A stretch of 56,237 nucleotides of DNA, the filler included, from Porpidia crustulata (taxonomy: Eukaryota): the NCBI GenBank assembly GCA_964255105.1. It is 6 parts of 6 records of this genome, joined end to end, with 100 filler letters (N's around TTAATTAATTAA, not from the genome) between each part and the next. Parts side by side here need not be neighbours in the genome. Positions count along the whole stretch, not along the records: positions 1 to 9,317 come from CAXUWE010000958.1; positions 9,418 to 18,710 come from CAXUWE010000959.1; 4 more parts are not named here. One strand, given 5' to 3'. The translations under genes were made by a program, and so were the position numbers. The notes under the pieces are model-generated. The model was given only the letters and a program-made list of their open reading frames with translations. It ran no database searches and was not told where the DNA came from. Shown piece by piece: positions 1-12,749 of this stretch. Position 1 is the stretch's first letter; each line of letters starts with the position of its first letter.

Positions 1-2186
1 GAGGTCGCCGAGCAGCATGAAAACGTCCCATACGCGGAGCTGGGCGGGGAAGGGAATGGAATAATTGAAGAGGGTGAGGTACCAGCGGGTGCCGTAGGCG
101 GTGGGGGTGATGTCGAGTTCGGTCTGCATGCTCGGTCAGCTTTTTGCCGGGAAACGTCCGCATACAGCATTCGTTAAGGGAAGCCTACCAGTTTGGCGGC
201 GACCTCCCCCCCCGCCAACCACGTCTTTTCGAATTCCTCCAACGCCTTCATCAGCCCCGAGAACTCGGACTTGAATAGACGCTCAAGACCCCTCAGCTGC
301 CACAGCCGCACAAGCATCACAAAGGTCATTTCCTCGTCAAAGTAACAGAGGAGCGTCGCGGCCAAAGCAGCCATACCTTGGACGTATCCCGTGTCGGGGA
401 AGTAGATGGATAGGCAATGCAGGACTCTGAAGAGTAGTCTCTGACCCCCGCGGTATCTTCGGCGGAACATGATGTGGGAGTTTATGGTTCGAGGAACATC
501 AATGTCGATTTGCAAATCGTCGGGAGAGCCTTGGTCGAGGAGCTTTTTGAAAGTGGCGATGAGTTCCTCATCTTTTAGACTGCCTTTTCTCTTTTTCGCA
601 CTGGCGCTCATAAAGGCATGCCAGGCTGTGGCGCGCCATCGGTCCGGTATGCCCTTCCATGTTCGTTCGATGACTTTGGGGCTTTTGGTATCGAATTCAA
701 ATATCATGCCTCCACCGTCACGATTGTTCTTGACAATCTTGGCCATTTTTCTCCACTTCTCCTCCCTTTCCCACTCTCTTTTTCGGATATCTTGCGCTGC
801 TTTGTTGTCTTCTTCGTTCTCAGCGATGTCGGCTAACCCTGGCGGAAGTGTGAGCATATCGCCCGCTTCATCCACGAATTTTCGATTCTTATTGTGCGGC
901 AGTCGATTTGTTGCAGATCTTAGCTTGGAATTGCCGTTGATGTTTCCTCGAAAAGAACTTTGTGATGACCCTGGACGTGAAAATCGTGAAGATGGCCGTG
1001 ACCCGGGAGGTGTCATAGCTGAACGCACTGTACTATGCGCTGATGGAGTTCTCTTCAACGCGCTTCTCCCATTCCGAGGAGCCTCCGATGCGATTTGAAG
1101 GAGTGTAGAGACTCGTTGTATGCGTGGCGGTTCTGGTGTCATTATTCGTCGAGAATTCATTGAGGAGCACTCTGAATCAATCCGACGTTGTACGATGAAG
1201 CCGTAACGGTCAACATCCCCACCTCCCAAGTCTTGCCAGTCCTCCATACCCCCAGCACGCTCGTTTTCTTCACGTGCAATCATGCTTTCCTTCTTGCTGA
1301 TTGTAGTCGATCGGGACAGTGCTCTGGCGCTCGACCCACAGTCCTTGTTCGCGGAGAGAATATGGCTCAAATTTATCATCGAATTAGAGGAGGCCCCAGG
1401 CATCACACTCGCCCCTACCTGGTCGCCCCTACCTCTATGAGGGTGTGAATCATCGACCAGATCGGAGTCCTTATCTGTTCCATTTTCGTACATAGATCGA
1501 ACTTTGTGGGATAGCATCTCGTCGTCCGCTGACAGTACTCTAGTAGGTACAGCAATTGGTGGCGAAAGCATAGAGGTGCTTGGTTTCCTGCGGCTGCCTA
1601 CGACACGGGAGGTTGTGATAGCTTCTCCATTGCCATTATTCGCTTTCTTTCCCCCAATCAGCATGCTACCGCGCTTCGAGAATTCCAAGTGGCCCGGTAT
1701 TGCGAGATCTTCGAAGCTCCCGGTCGGAATTTCAGTCATGATGCCCAGAAACGGCAATTGAGGTACTGGTGGTGGATCCACATCCATCTTGGGACTACCC
1801 CATCTCTTTGTCCTTGTAGCCGGCGGTGATTTGAAGTCGTCCTGCGAAGAGTATTTCCGAATACTTGGCGACAGCTTTAAGCTAGTCGATGACCCTCCAT
1901 CGGTACCCAATGTTGTACGACTATCTCTTGCGGTTGAGCTCGAAGGCGCAAGTCCAGAATCTCTTCTCTGGTCTTCCCGAAGCCTGGAACGAACACTGTA
2001 CGGCGAAAGCTGTTGGTCCGACGTCTTCGGCCTTTGGTTGAGGATCTTTTCCCTTTGAGCTGTATTAGGAGGAGGTGTAGCGACCGTTATGGGTATTGGT
2101 GGTTTGGCCGCCTTGGTATCCTCATACGGAACCGTTTTCAAGTCCCCCCGACTAATTGGCCGAGGGGATATATTGGTCTTGTTCAT
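1..2186 (-). CDS. TBC-domain Rab GTPase-activating protein; 3' end runs off the window
   Basis: 670-aa ORF with TBC motifs GIPDRWR, IDIDVPRT and GYVQGM. Intron 124-188 (GTAGG...CTGAC...CAG) splices into an exon reading TELDITPTAYGTRWYLTLFNYSIPFPAQLRVWDVFMLLGD. Confidence 0.93.
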
Positions 2187-2533
2187 GACCTAATTGAGGG
2201 TGGTAGTTCATTGGATCAAACGAAGTGGCCATGTACGTAGCTGTAGGTCCCGCGCAACTGTGGTTGAGCGTTATAAGTTCTAGGGTTCCTTTTGCTGTCT
2301 CAAAGCACGTTACCATAGATCTTCAGGGGTCTACTAAGCGCGTTTTCGCTTTGTAGGGCGGATCTCGTGTGTCTGATTAGCCATGGAGAATCTTTGAAAG
2401 AGAATAGAAGTCAAATGTGATGGATAGCTTTATCATTTAATTATCAGGTCCATTGCCAAAGCTGCTAGCTATGGCCGAAACTCATTCGACGCGCACTATA
2501 CCGCGAAGGTCGTCACCTTTGACAGCCTCCTAT

Positions 2534-3737
2534 TCAAAATCTCGTCCCAAAAACTCTGAATCGCTTTACACCACCGTCTGGAATAATCGTCAACTTTACA
2601 TGAGTACATACCGGTTGCTTTTGAAACACCGATTCTCCATATTCATGTTCTCTATCGGGCTCCAATCCTTCCTGTACCCCAATAATTTGAACCCATCTTC
2701 CGTCTCCTCGGTCGACTACCTCATCACCCTCTGCATCCACCCCATCAATCTTCACTCCTTTCGGATAATTCCCTCGGAAATGCATCGTGTCCACTACCAC
2801 TCTCTTAACCATTCCCCTCGCTCCCAATCTTACTACCACCCAATCTTCGTGACCTACTCCTCGATTCCTCTTTGTTTCCCACCCATCACCCATGTCTACG
2901 CCCCTCCCCGGCAGTAATAAATTCCCCTTTATCCCAAAGTGCTCATCCGAGCATGCAACAGCTACGCCACCCATGATGGCTGCACTAAGTTCTATTTCTT
3001 CGAATTTCTCGGAGGGGAAGACAGGGACTGCGTCACCGTAAAGTCGAAAGCGAGCAATACCTCCGTCTGGAAACATGCAGAGCCTAACATGCGTGACTTC
3101 TTTCGTTCCTTGAATCGTCCATGCGTGCCGTGTAGAAGGTCCACATTCTTTCCTTTGTAGCTGCTCTCCCTTCTGCCAATCATCGTCTTTCAAGGCCTTG
3201 ACTTTTTCATCTGCACCTGCGCCAGTGACATATACTCCCTGCACAGTCACAGCCTCCGCGTGATTCCCGTCAAAAAATGCCGTGTCCACTTCCACACCTT
3301 TCACCTTCCCACTGGCCACTCCTAATCTAATAATAACCCAATCGAAAGGGAAAGGATTGTGTCGACGGGTCTCCCAGCCATCGTACCAAGCGCCACTGGG
3401 GACGAAATGGCCAGGACGATGGATTGGGCGGGTTGGAGTTATGAGATTATCGGCTGAGGCGAAAAACTCGTCTGAGAAGGCAAGGAGATAGGAGCCAAGA
3501 GGCCGGGATATCAGATCTGTGGAAGGGGGGTGGTTAGTAGTGGTGATGTTCTTGAGAGTGTTCTAGAGCAGAGAGCCGGTTATCTAATGAGGGGTTAGAG
3601 GGGAAGGGGAGCGTGGAAGGTTTACCAATGCAGGTAGAAAAGGTAGAGTCAATAAGCTCAGAAGGGATCAAATCGGTGATAGTGGGCGAGAATTGAACAT
3701 CTTGAATGATCTCTGGCGACAATGCCTGAATCTCCAT
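2534..3737 (-). CDS. DAL2: Allantoicase
   Basis: Two allantoicase repeats (SDEFF...DGWETRR, PDGGIARFRLYG, SDEHFG...DGWETKR, PDGGVKRFRVFG). ATG at 3737; intron 3517-3625 (GTAAAC...ACAG) joins the frames. Confidence 0.93.
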
Positions 3738-4051
3738 GTTACCTGTCGTGCCTGTGTATATTTAGGTGATACTGGTCTTGGTTGAAGATACTAGAATTCC
3801 TGCAGTACGATAAGGGCTTCATTGAAGCTCTTATCGCGTTCAAGTGCTGCGCTTATTCACATCATGGAGTTTGAAGGGTCTATCTTGATCCTATAGAGTT
3901 GTCTATTAGATCAATACTATTGCGCTTCATGTTATCACATTTGATCACGTTCCACGCGGCCTTCTGCTGGTAGCTTCCCACATTGCAGAACCACTTAGCC
4001 TCCAATTGACTCCGACGCCAAGCGCAATGCAGCTCGTTTCATCGTACAAAT

Positions 4052-6703
4052 TCATTCCTCATCGCCCTGGATATCCCAATCTTTCCTCTCAAAGGGTTTC
4101 CCGCTGCCGCTAGTATCTAGCTTGGCCAAAAATTCCTGCGGTACGGTAGGTATGTACTTTTTCTCTCTCTCTCTGTTCAGTCCGCCATAGCCAGCACCGT
4201 AGCTGATTCTCATGTCAATGGCTGTGGGCAGTTGAAATTGAAGCATATGTGCAGGATCCATTAAGAGGTTGTCAGATAAAGATTCTATATCGCTGGCTCG
4301 GTGTAAACCATCGAATCCTTCGTGGTAATTCAAGGATGACGCTGAGGGAGGAGGTTCCTCGATTTGGTCTGTGTTTTGCGGAGGAGTTTTGGGCGGTTCT
4401 GTTGCTGCATTCGCAGCACGAGACAATGAATCGCGGGCTCTACGCGCCTTCTCTGACCGTTTCCTGCTCTCGATTTGTAATTCCATCAAACGTTTGCGGG
4501 CTATCTTGGGTAAAACCTTTTCCTCTTTTTCGTACCGATAGTTACTACTAGAGTGGAGAAGCTGCTGCGGTGACAGCCTCGTGAATTGCTTGAGAGTGTT
4601 CTCTAGCGATTCAAGAGAGTCGGGTTTATCACCTAACATTGAAAAACATTGGAGCCACTGCAATAATTGAGTGACAGGCGTGAAATGCTTCCGAGCTGCA
4701 TCCATAATGGTTTCGCCCGTAGTTGTGAGAGATCCGTCTTCATAATGCTCTGGGGTTCGGTTGTTTGATCGTGCCCAGTCTTCGAGAACTGAAATGTTCA
4801 TGCGAATTTGCATTGCTTTGGATCTTGCGAGGTAGATCTTATTTGAGATGATATGATTGAATAGTTCAGCACCTAGCCAATAGAACAGTTGCGCTAGGAT
4901 TTGAGATGTAATGACTGAGTGAATATCATAAAGATCTAGCACGAACAGGGTAGATGAAAGCAACGAAGTAACATTTCGCGGTGATGGTTGGGCTTTCTTA
5001 TTTGGAGGCGGAGGTTTGTAGTTGATAGGCTCCGGAATTTGGACTTTGCTCTTGCGGAACATCTTCCACTCACCGGCGAATTCGAGATTATCGAAAGGAA
5101 TAGTTTCATGGTCAAGGATTGCCATATCAAGCACCTTATCCATTCTTCTCTCTGCGTCTCTAATAATCAGTATGAAAATTTCATTGATCAGCTCCACAAG
5201 CTGGACCTGGAACTCAATCGTAGCCTCTGCAAGGCCTGGATCTTTTTTCAGGTAATGGAGTAATAGAGTAGCGTTCGATATCCAAAACGCAAGCACAGTC
5301 ATATCCCATTGATGCCGTTCTACTTTCATGTTAATCTTGTCCATACCTGTGTCCAATAGGGTTGCGAGTAGGTCAGGAGTCCCATGATAATGAGCATATC
5401 TTGCGCTCAGAAAAAGGACATTGGCGGGCACCGGTTTCTGCGACGGCGATCTCTGTGGTGTCATACTGGTAATAATGACATCGAGGATAGGATTTAGCTG
5501 GTTTTCCTGGAACACAAACATTTGATCGTGCAGGCATTTGTCCCACACAAACTCCTGCTGGTCTTCCAGCTCTTCTGGTGACTGGCTGTCGTTAGCACTG
5601 CAGTACGGCAAGGGCTTCTGGATTCTATCGACTGACCTCAGGGCGCTCGTCTAAGCCAAGGCTTGACAAGTCAACCTCAAGATTCATGGAGCTTTCCATC
5701 ATCATGCGTCTCTTAGTCTCGAGCTCTTCCATCTCACGCTCGAATCTGTCTTGAGAAAAGCCGCTGTCATAGAAATCTTCCCCGACCCCAGCGTCCCCTA
5801 TGTGGTGCCCATTTTGGTTCAGGTATGTTGAGATTTCACTATTTGGGGGCGCAAAATCTGAAGCTGTCCGGCCTGAAGACGATTTGACTGTGAGAGAGGC
5901 TCCGTTGTCTAACAGTATTTTGGCGATATCTTTATGTCGATTGGTTATCGCCCACATTAGAGAAGTCCACTGGTTTCTTCGGTCTTGTCGATCAACATTG
6001 GCGCCTGCCTTGAGTAAAGCTAGCACGACTTCTTCGTGACCCTAAGGCAACCATAAATTTTGTAGGTCTCGAGCTACAAAGGTCGCACTTACAAAGCAAC
6101 TAGCATATATCAATGGTGCTGTCCCCTCCTCATCTGGAGCATCGACGTCGATGAAATTTTTCGCCGTACCATGCAAAAGTCTTTCTACATGATCATTATC
6201 GCCATTACTTGCTGCATGCTGCAGTGATTTCTGCAGCAAAACCCTCTTTTCGCCTCCCGATAAACGCCCATCCGAAACAATAGACTCTTCATTTCCTGCA
6301 GCCGATCCATCTTCTCGATGCGCAGCTTGGGCGGCCAGCATTGCCATTAACCTGCTATCGTTATCTTCCAACTTCTGGATATTGCTTCCTTCATCGTTCT
6401 CGTGATCGTCTAAAGAAAGGTTGAATTTGAGAGGCTGTGCAGGTATTGGGCTCGTTAGAAATTGTGATTGACCTAGTTGATTAGATCAGCCAATTGCACG
6501 TGTCGCAGAATTCCTGTAAGTTTGTGAGAGGCTCACTCCATACCTTGCCAGGCATCATACATCTCGGTTTCACCTCCATAATTCCGAACTGGTTGCCGGT
6601 CATCTAGAGATTTGGGCAGGTCCAGTGGTAGAAATCTTGGGGGAGGAGACTCGGCATTCACAAAATCATCGCTACCTTCCGAAGGAGCTGCTTCCTGGTC
6701 CAT
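4052..6703 (-). CDS. Ankyrin-repeat and DIL (dilute) domain protein, multi-exon
   Basis: ORFs 6042-6371, 5625-6026 and 4052-5611 are consecutive exons: ankyrin repeats (GTAPLIYASCF, WTSLMWAI) then a DIL domain (QIRMNISVLEDWAR, QLLQWLQC). First exon from ATG 6703 reads ...DLPKSLDDR...EMYDAWQ followed by a GTATGG donor. Confidence 0.85.
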
Positions 6704-7286
6704 TGTAGACCACCTTCATGGAGACTTTCTCAGTCAAATTGTTTGGCCTAGAATATCCCGTAAATCGGACATATGCGGTGATTCCGACATAGACATTGAC
6801 TCAAACTGGTTTGCCCTTCGGCTTGCCCTTCGTCCTTCGGTGTGCTAAGCGTATCTTTCGAGGCAGCTCTGCGCAGTGGTAGAAGTCTTCTGCTGTGATG
6901 AGCCAGTCCCACATACCATGTGCGCTAGCTGTTGATTGGGACGTAGACTGCGGCACTGCGAGCATGTGAGGTAAGGGCCGGAGCTTCTATGAGTGTTTTT
7001 CCGCTCCGCAGAGAAGTCCATTCTACGTTTTACGCACCTTCCTTGTTTATTTCCGTAATGTTTACCTCATGTTCTCAGATACTTGATGTACTTCTAAATC
7101 TTTCGAGAAGGTAAGAGCCTTCAGTACATTACTGTGCCGAGACCTAATCCCATGGTAGGTTTTATAGCTAAATCATTCTTTCATTCGTTCCATTGTTTTA
7201 TCGGTCACCAGACCATTTTGATCGTATTTCGTAAGATTCCTTACTATTGTATATCAAGATCTATCAAGGATTAGAAATTTAGTACT

Positions 7287-9317
7287 ATGAGCTCTCCAGA
7301 TCCTGAGACTGCAAAGGACCATCAAGAAGGCCACAAACATAGCAAACGTAATTTTCTCAAACACCACAAGCATGGGAAGAAGTCTAGATCAGCACTGGAT
7401 CATGAGGATACCCCTTTGTTAGCAGATAATGCTGTCAATGAAGACATCGAAGCGAACGGCGTGGAGGAAGGTCATTCGGAGCGGCCAGTAGGTAAGCAGG
7501 AAAAGGCTAGGACATGTTTCCACACGATTGGACATTGGCTGTGGAACAACAAGATGATCCTAGCAATCGTGCTCGTATTGCTAGGTGGACTTGTTGCTCT
7601 AATTGTTTACTTTACCGGTATGAATAGTATATGTACTTTAGAGATTTCGGCTCAAGAGTCTTCTAGTCGGCTCTTGCCACACATCGCCAAAGCGTGCTCC
7701 TATCTGTCTCACGCCTGCCTGTGTGGTTGCGGCAAGTAAAAGCCAGTCTAGCATCACTCAGGTCCCAGCTCATGAAATTTCCAGGCCTCCGAGATCGTGC
7801 AGAATATGTCCCCAAGGTATCATGAAATCGATCCGTGCTCAAGCTTCGATAAGTACGTCTGCGAAGGCTGGGAAGAGAAGCATGATCTCCGCGCGGATCA
7901 GGAAAGCTCATTCACTGGAACGATAATGCAAGAGAACTCGCAGCAAATACTACGTCATGTACTTGAATTACCCTACTCTGAAGTGGCTCAAGAAATTGGA
8001 TCTCTTGCCAATGATCCTGCTGCAGATAAAGCTATATTCGACAAGCTTAAGGGTGCATATGAAGCTTGTATGGACGAACAATTATTGAAGAAAATCGGCG
8101 CGGGCCCGTTGCTCCAAATTTTACTAAGAATTCAGGAACTATTTCCAGCTTCAAGACCTCATCGGGTTTCAGAGCCCTTTCCGATGTTACAAACTCAGCA
8201 ACAGAAGGGGCTACTGTACAATGGAGAAAATCAGCTATCGGCTACAGTATCGTACCTGGCAAGCATAGGCATCGATGCCATACTATCATTCAGCATTGGT
8301 GCCGATGATCGAGACCCTGATTCTGTGGTCCTTTCTGTGTCAGCTCCACGTCAGCCGGGCCTACCTTCAAAAGAGTACTACAAAGATGCAGAGCTAGTCA
8401 AATCTTATGGCAATGTCATTGGACAAGTCTTGGAAGGGCTACTCCACGAAGCATATCCTAACACTACCTCATACGCCTCCAAGCCCAATCTCATGCTCAG
8501 CCGAAGCGAGGATCTTGTGGAGGCTATCATAGGTCTTGAGACGAAGCTAGCACTAGCAACCCCAGATACTGAAGATGCCGAAGATGTCACTAAGTACTAT
8601 AACCCCCGGTCCTTAGAGGAAACTAGATCGTTATTCCCTCAGCTATCTGTTCAATACATCATCTCAAGCTTAGCACCATCGGACTACAAGCCGGAAAGGA
8701 TTATTGTTGGTTCCCCGTCGTACCTCAAGGAAGCTTCTAAGGTCTTCCGTGATGCCAGTCCAGAAACCATACAAGCTTATTTCATTTGGAAGGCGGTCCA
8801 GACTTATGCAAACGAAGTTGAAGATGATGCATTGAAATCTTTGCTAAGATTCAATAACCAGCTCAGCGGTAAAGAGCCTGACGCTTCGGAAGAACGGTGG
8901 AGAACGTGTGTGAAAGTAGCTGACAATTCTCTTGGCTGGATTCTTAGCAAGTTCTTTATTGAGAAGGCATTCTCGGAAGAGGCGAAGGACTTCGGTGATC
9001 GTATTGTGTCAGATATCAAAGAACAATTCATTAGAAAGCTCAAGGCAGCAGAGTGGATGACCAGCGATGTTAGAAAGCTTGGCATCGAGAAGGTACACAA
9101 CATTGTGCAAAAGATTGGATACCCTACCAAAAGTCCTGATGTACGCGATTCATCCGCTCTTGAGAAGTATTACGAGACAGTACTCATCAGCAACTCAACT
9201 TTCTTCGATAACGCACTGTCTGTTGTCAGATTCGACACTCGACTTGAGTGGTCCGCGCTTGGTAAGCCTACAAATCGAGATGAGTGGGGCATGACCGTCC
9301 CAACAGTGAACGCGTAC
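7287..9317 (+). CDS. M13 family (neprilysin/endothelin-converting enzyme-like) metallopeptidase, truncated at contig end
   Basis: Type II transmembrane anchor, then CLTPAC, DPCSSFDKYVCEGW, RWRTC, KIGYP and TVNAY. Introns 7618-7666 and 7732-7784. The catalytic HExxH would lie beyond the gap. Confidence 0.92.
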
Positions 9318-9417
9318 NNNNNNNNNNNNNNNNNNNNNNNNNNNNNNNNNNNNNNNNNNNNTTAATTAATTAANNNNNNNNNNNNNNNNNNNNNNNNNNN
9401 NNNNNNNNNNNNNNNNN
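9318..9417. other. Artificial contig spacer N44-TTAATTAATTAA-N44
   Basis: Exactly 100 nt; the central 12-mer has stops in all six frames. Confidence 0.98.
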
Positions 9418-9494
9418 CGGCCATGGGTGCGCTAGGCCCCATAAGGAGGTTCGGAAGGTTTGGTCGTAACAGGTGAAAGTTGGATTAATAATAA

Positions 9495-9564
9495 GGCAGG
9501 CGATAAAACGAGCAATATCAGTAATAAAATCAGCAATAGAACGAGCAATAGAAGAAGCAATAAA
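9495..9564. repeat. Degenerate ~12-bp tandem repeat (aaacgagcaata-like) at contig end
   Basis: Units such as aaacgagcaata, gaacgagcaata and gaagaagcaata resemble G-to-A mutated versions of aagcgagcgatg at 31875. Confidence 0.55.
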
Positions 9565-9599
9565 TTTGATCACATGCGCTGGAGCAGTCGCATGCCTAT

Positions 9600-10060
9600 C
9601 TCACTCTCCACTTTCTCCTTTTCATATTTCGTTGATATAAAGATTTAGATCTATTAGAGATGTAGAGTTATGGAGCTCAGTCAAATCGCAAGATAAAAGT
9701 CTTATTATTCTTCTTATCCATCTTCGCAACATAGAACCTTTTCTGCATGGAAAACACTAGCGTTCGCATAAGCCTTCAGTGAGAAAGACTCATCAATTCG
9801 AGAAATCCATCGATCCCATTAAGTAGTCTTTGTTTCAAGCTTAGACGCATCAGTACCACCAGCAGACATCTTCGCCTTGCAAAACACAAACCGAAGACGC
9901 TCTTCAAACCGAAGAACATCTGGATCTTGAGTTGTGAGAAAGATTTTCCATTGCAATCTGTCCCACTCAGCTGGCTTGTCTGAAGAAAGATCGACTGTGT
10001 CGTTTCGATTATCTTTATCGTTCTGGCAAGCATTCGATTCGTCGTTCTTGCTCTCGTTCT
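9600..10060 (-). pseudogene. Disrupted coding remnant of unknown family
   Basis: One frame reads protein-like (WDRLQWKIFLTTQDPDVLRFEERLRFVFCKAKM...) with in-frame TAA/TAG/TGA stops that get denser toward 9600. Confidence 0.5.
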
Positions 10061-10619
10061 ATAGGAGATCTAGATATAAACGACATTACAACTATGTCGG
10101 TCGAGTGCGTGAGCAGCACGAGAAAGCTGACGAGATCAAGTACAGTCCTCGACTGACCGTTTTCTTGGTATTTGATATAGCCATGGGAAAGCTCGCTTCT
10201 ATGATAATTAAAAGCAAAGTGGTGGGATTTTAACAAGCGAACGAAATTATGAGGTTTCTATCCCTCCTCGCCCTTGGGCTTGTCGAAAGTTTATTTGAGC
10301 GATAATCGATACAAGCCGCGTCAACCGAGTCGAGAGTCCCAGGTAGTGTTTCCTGCGTATATATATGTTCACGTATTTTGAAGAGCAGGATTCTGATGTC
10401 CAGGCTTTTCGGATGCCTTTCTGACGTCGATCTCGTCTATAAACCCATCTCAATCTAACCTATTATATCCTGACCCTGATAATATTGGAAGTAGTGGCAA
10501 TCCGCTACGTCTGGGGAGTTGGCAGACACCGATACTAGCTCCTTTAATCGTGTCTCTCAAGGATCCTGGGGCTGTTCGAAATCAGTTTTCATGTTGATGG
10601 GTGTCCTCGGTCGTAAAAA

Positions 10620-12040
10620 ACATACCATCGATGCGTTGTGGTTTTTTCCATTTATCTCTTCACCTAAATATAATATTGAGGCTGTTATATACTTCTGAGC
10701 AAGTCGGCTTGTCTCTCCGTGACTTCGGAATATAGCTCTCGTAGATCACGATGTCGAGAACTTCCTTCATTGAACTCACTAAAGTCCCTATTCATCTTCT
10801 CCCTACTATTTTGAGCTCTGTTTTGCGAAGCTAGAAAGTGTCGCAAACAGTTAATTGGTCTTCTTACTCTGCACGATCTTGCCAGTACATGGGCCTAAGG
10901 ACCAGGCCCATCGGGCAAGCTTGGGTGAGACTCATGTTAACAACAGGGATGTTGCTGAAAAGGTTCCTGATCATGGAATTCGAGCTGATTCTGATCTGCT
11001 GTAATAGCCAGGAACCTCTGAGGTAGCGAGACTTAGGTTGGACCATATTTTAACAGCATGACAGGTGGAAGGTGCGGTCCTGCCCGCCATGAGCAGGGAT
11101 ATCGACGTCCAGTATCTTCGGTATATCTCGTGTACTTGCCAGAATGACTCGTAGATTTTGAATGGCCCAAGATGAAAGAATTTTAGGCATACTTGACTAT
11201 AAGAACGCAGATTTGGCTCACAAGTGGAGAAATGAGGTCGCCTCCAGTGAATGATCTCCTTTCTTTCCGATACTGATGCCGTAACTTTGGAAATTCTACA
11301 AGGACTGACCACTATAAGCTGGCTCTGTTGAGTCGCATCGCCGAATTGTGTGCGCTACCGCGACCATTACACGACATTCAGAATAATCCGTAGCATTCGC
11401 GTCTATCCGATCTGTTTCGCCGCGTATAGAATTCCACTTTCCGTTCAGTAGGTCTGGAACGGGGGTTCTTCAATGGTTTGAAAATATCAACTCCGCGTAA
11501 AGGATTCTCAAGGCCACCAACCTCCACCAAGTCTGGGTCGAATGCTATGCCGAGAAGGACCGCGAGACCAGCTACGCTATCGTTCCCTGCGTTGTGGGAT
11601 CCGTCGAACTCCAGCCTTGATTTGTGTTTAGTTGGATAGGTCAGATGAAGTGGACAGCCAAGGAACAAATTGGCTAGTCCGGAAAGGCTCAAAGGGTAAA
11701 TCTGGTGTGTATCCGTATTATAATCCCTGACAACCCATATGGTGTCAATTGTCGCGTAGTATGTGAGGTCCTTGTGAATTAAGGAATTGAAGAATAGATC
11801 TTCTCTCACACAAGCAAAGTCTCCGGCGAGGCCTAAAGGGTAAATATGTCGAAGTCGGATCCTGTTTTTCTGTAGCGCCAAACCGTGCGTGCAACCGCGA
11901 TCAGTATAGGATATTCGGAATAGTATATCCTATCCGATCTGTTTTGCCGCATACAGAATTCCCCTTTTTACTCTGTAGGTCTTGAAAAGGGGGTAGAGCC
12001 GTCGTATTCGGATTCGGATTCTCTGTAGCGCCAAACGGGG
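10620..12040 (-). pseudogene. Tandem DEDDh 3'-5' exonuclease (QIP/Gfd2/YDR514C-like) pseudogene
   Basis: ORF 11378-11881 has IDT...LSLSGLA...HNAGND. A second degenerate copy (EVLDI...SEVYNSLNIIF...HNA, after a homopolymer frameshift) lies at ~10620-10770. Internal duplicated segments are present. Confidence 0.65.
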
Positions 12041-12749
12041 ATTATGACGATCTTGAAGCGGTTGAAAAGAGGCATTCATTACAGTCATCTTTCTTGAGGT
12101 TCAGAAAGAATCAGTCTAGAAAAGGCAACAAAAAGTACGTTCGAGCTTTTCAAATAAGTAGACGGTACTTGTTCTTGAGACACAGAGTCTTAGCTTGCAT
12201 TTCAAAAGCATGGAAAAGCATGACCAAGTCTAGCGCTGTGGTAACAGGCACTATCCTCATTCAAATCAGACCGAAAAGGAAAAGCCAACGGAGGGATGAC
12301 AATAGAGGCACAAAACCAATGGTTAAGGGTAATCGCTCGACTTTTGGTTTGATACCATGGAGGATCTCAATCTCGTGAGTGGTTGCAAAACCATATTGAG
12401 GTCCATCATGTCGAATTCCTGCCAGTTCTCTCTCTATATAACTTCGACGTCTGCGTCACTGCAAATTTCCAAGGAGCTAAGACTTCTGAGCGCACATAGA
12501 TTCAACGAGATACGAGCCAGAGACCGCGGCGAGGACTGCGAAGTTCGCCTCTCGGTTTGATGCTACCAATTGTAAGGGAACGAAGGAAAACGAACTATGG
12601 AACTGATATCTTGGGTGTGTGGAAAAGCTTGCAACGTAGGAAAGTAGGTGCCCACGATTATATTGAAAGCTTTTCTCGTATTTTGAGCTATAAACCACAC
12701 CCGATATAAGTGATTTTCTAAGGTATTGAGCCAGGGTACCAACAGTACT

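Noticed and set aside
469..2240. Antisense ORFs over the TBC gene, and similar shadow ORFs over other core genes
   Set aside because: They are opposite-strand shadows of real coding sequence with no recognisable motifs.
9362..9373. TTAATTAATTAA recurring every ~9.4 kb as a biological repeat, PacI site array or piggyBac TTAA target
   Set aside because: It is always centred in exactly 44+44 Ns, as expected of a synthetic six-frame-stop linker.
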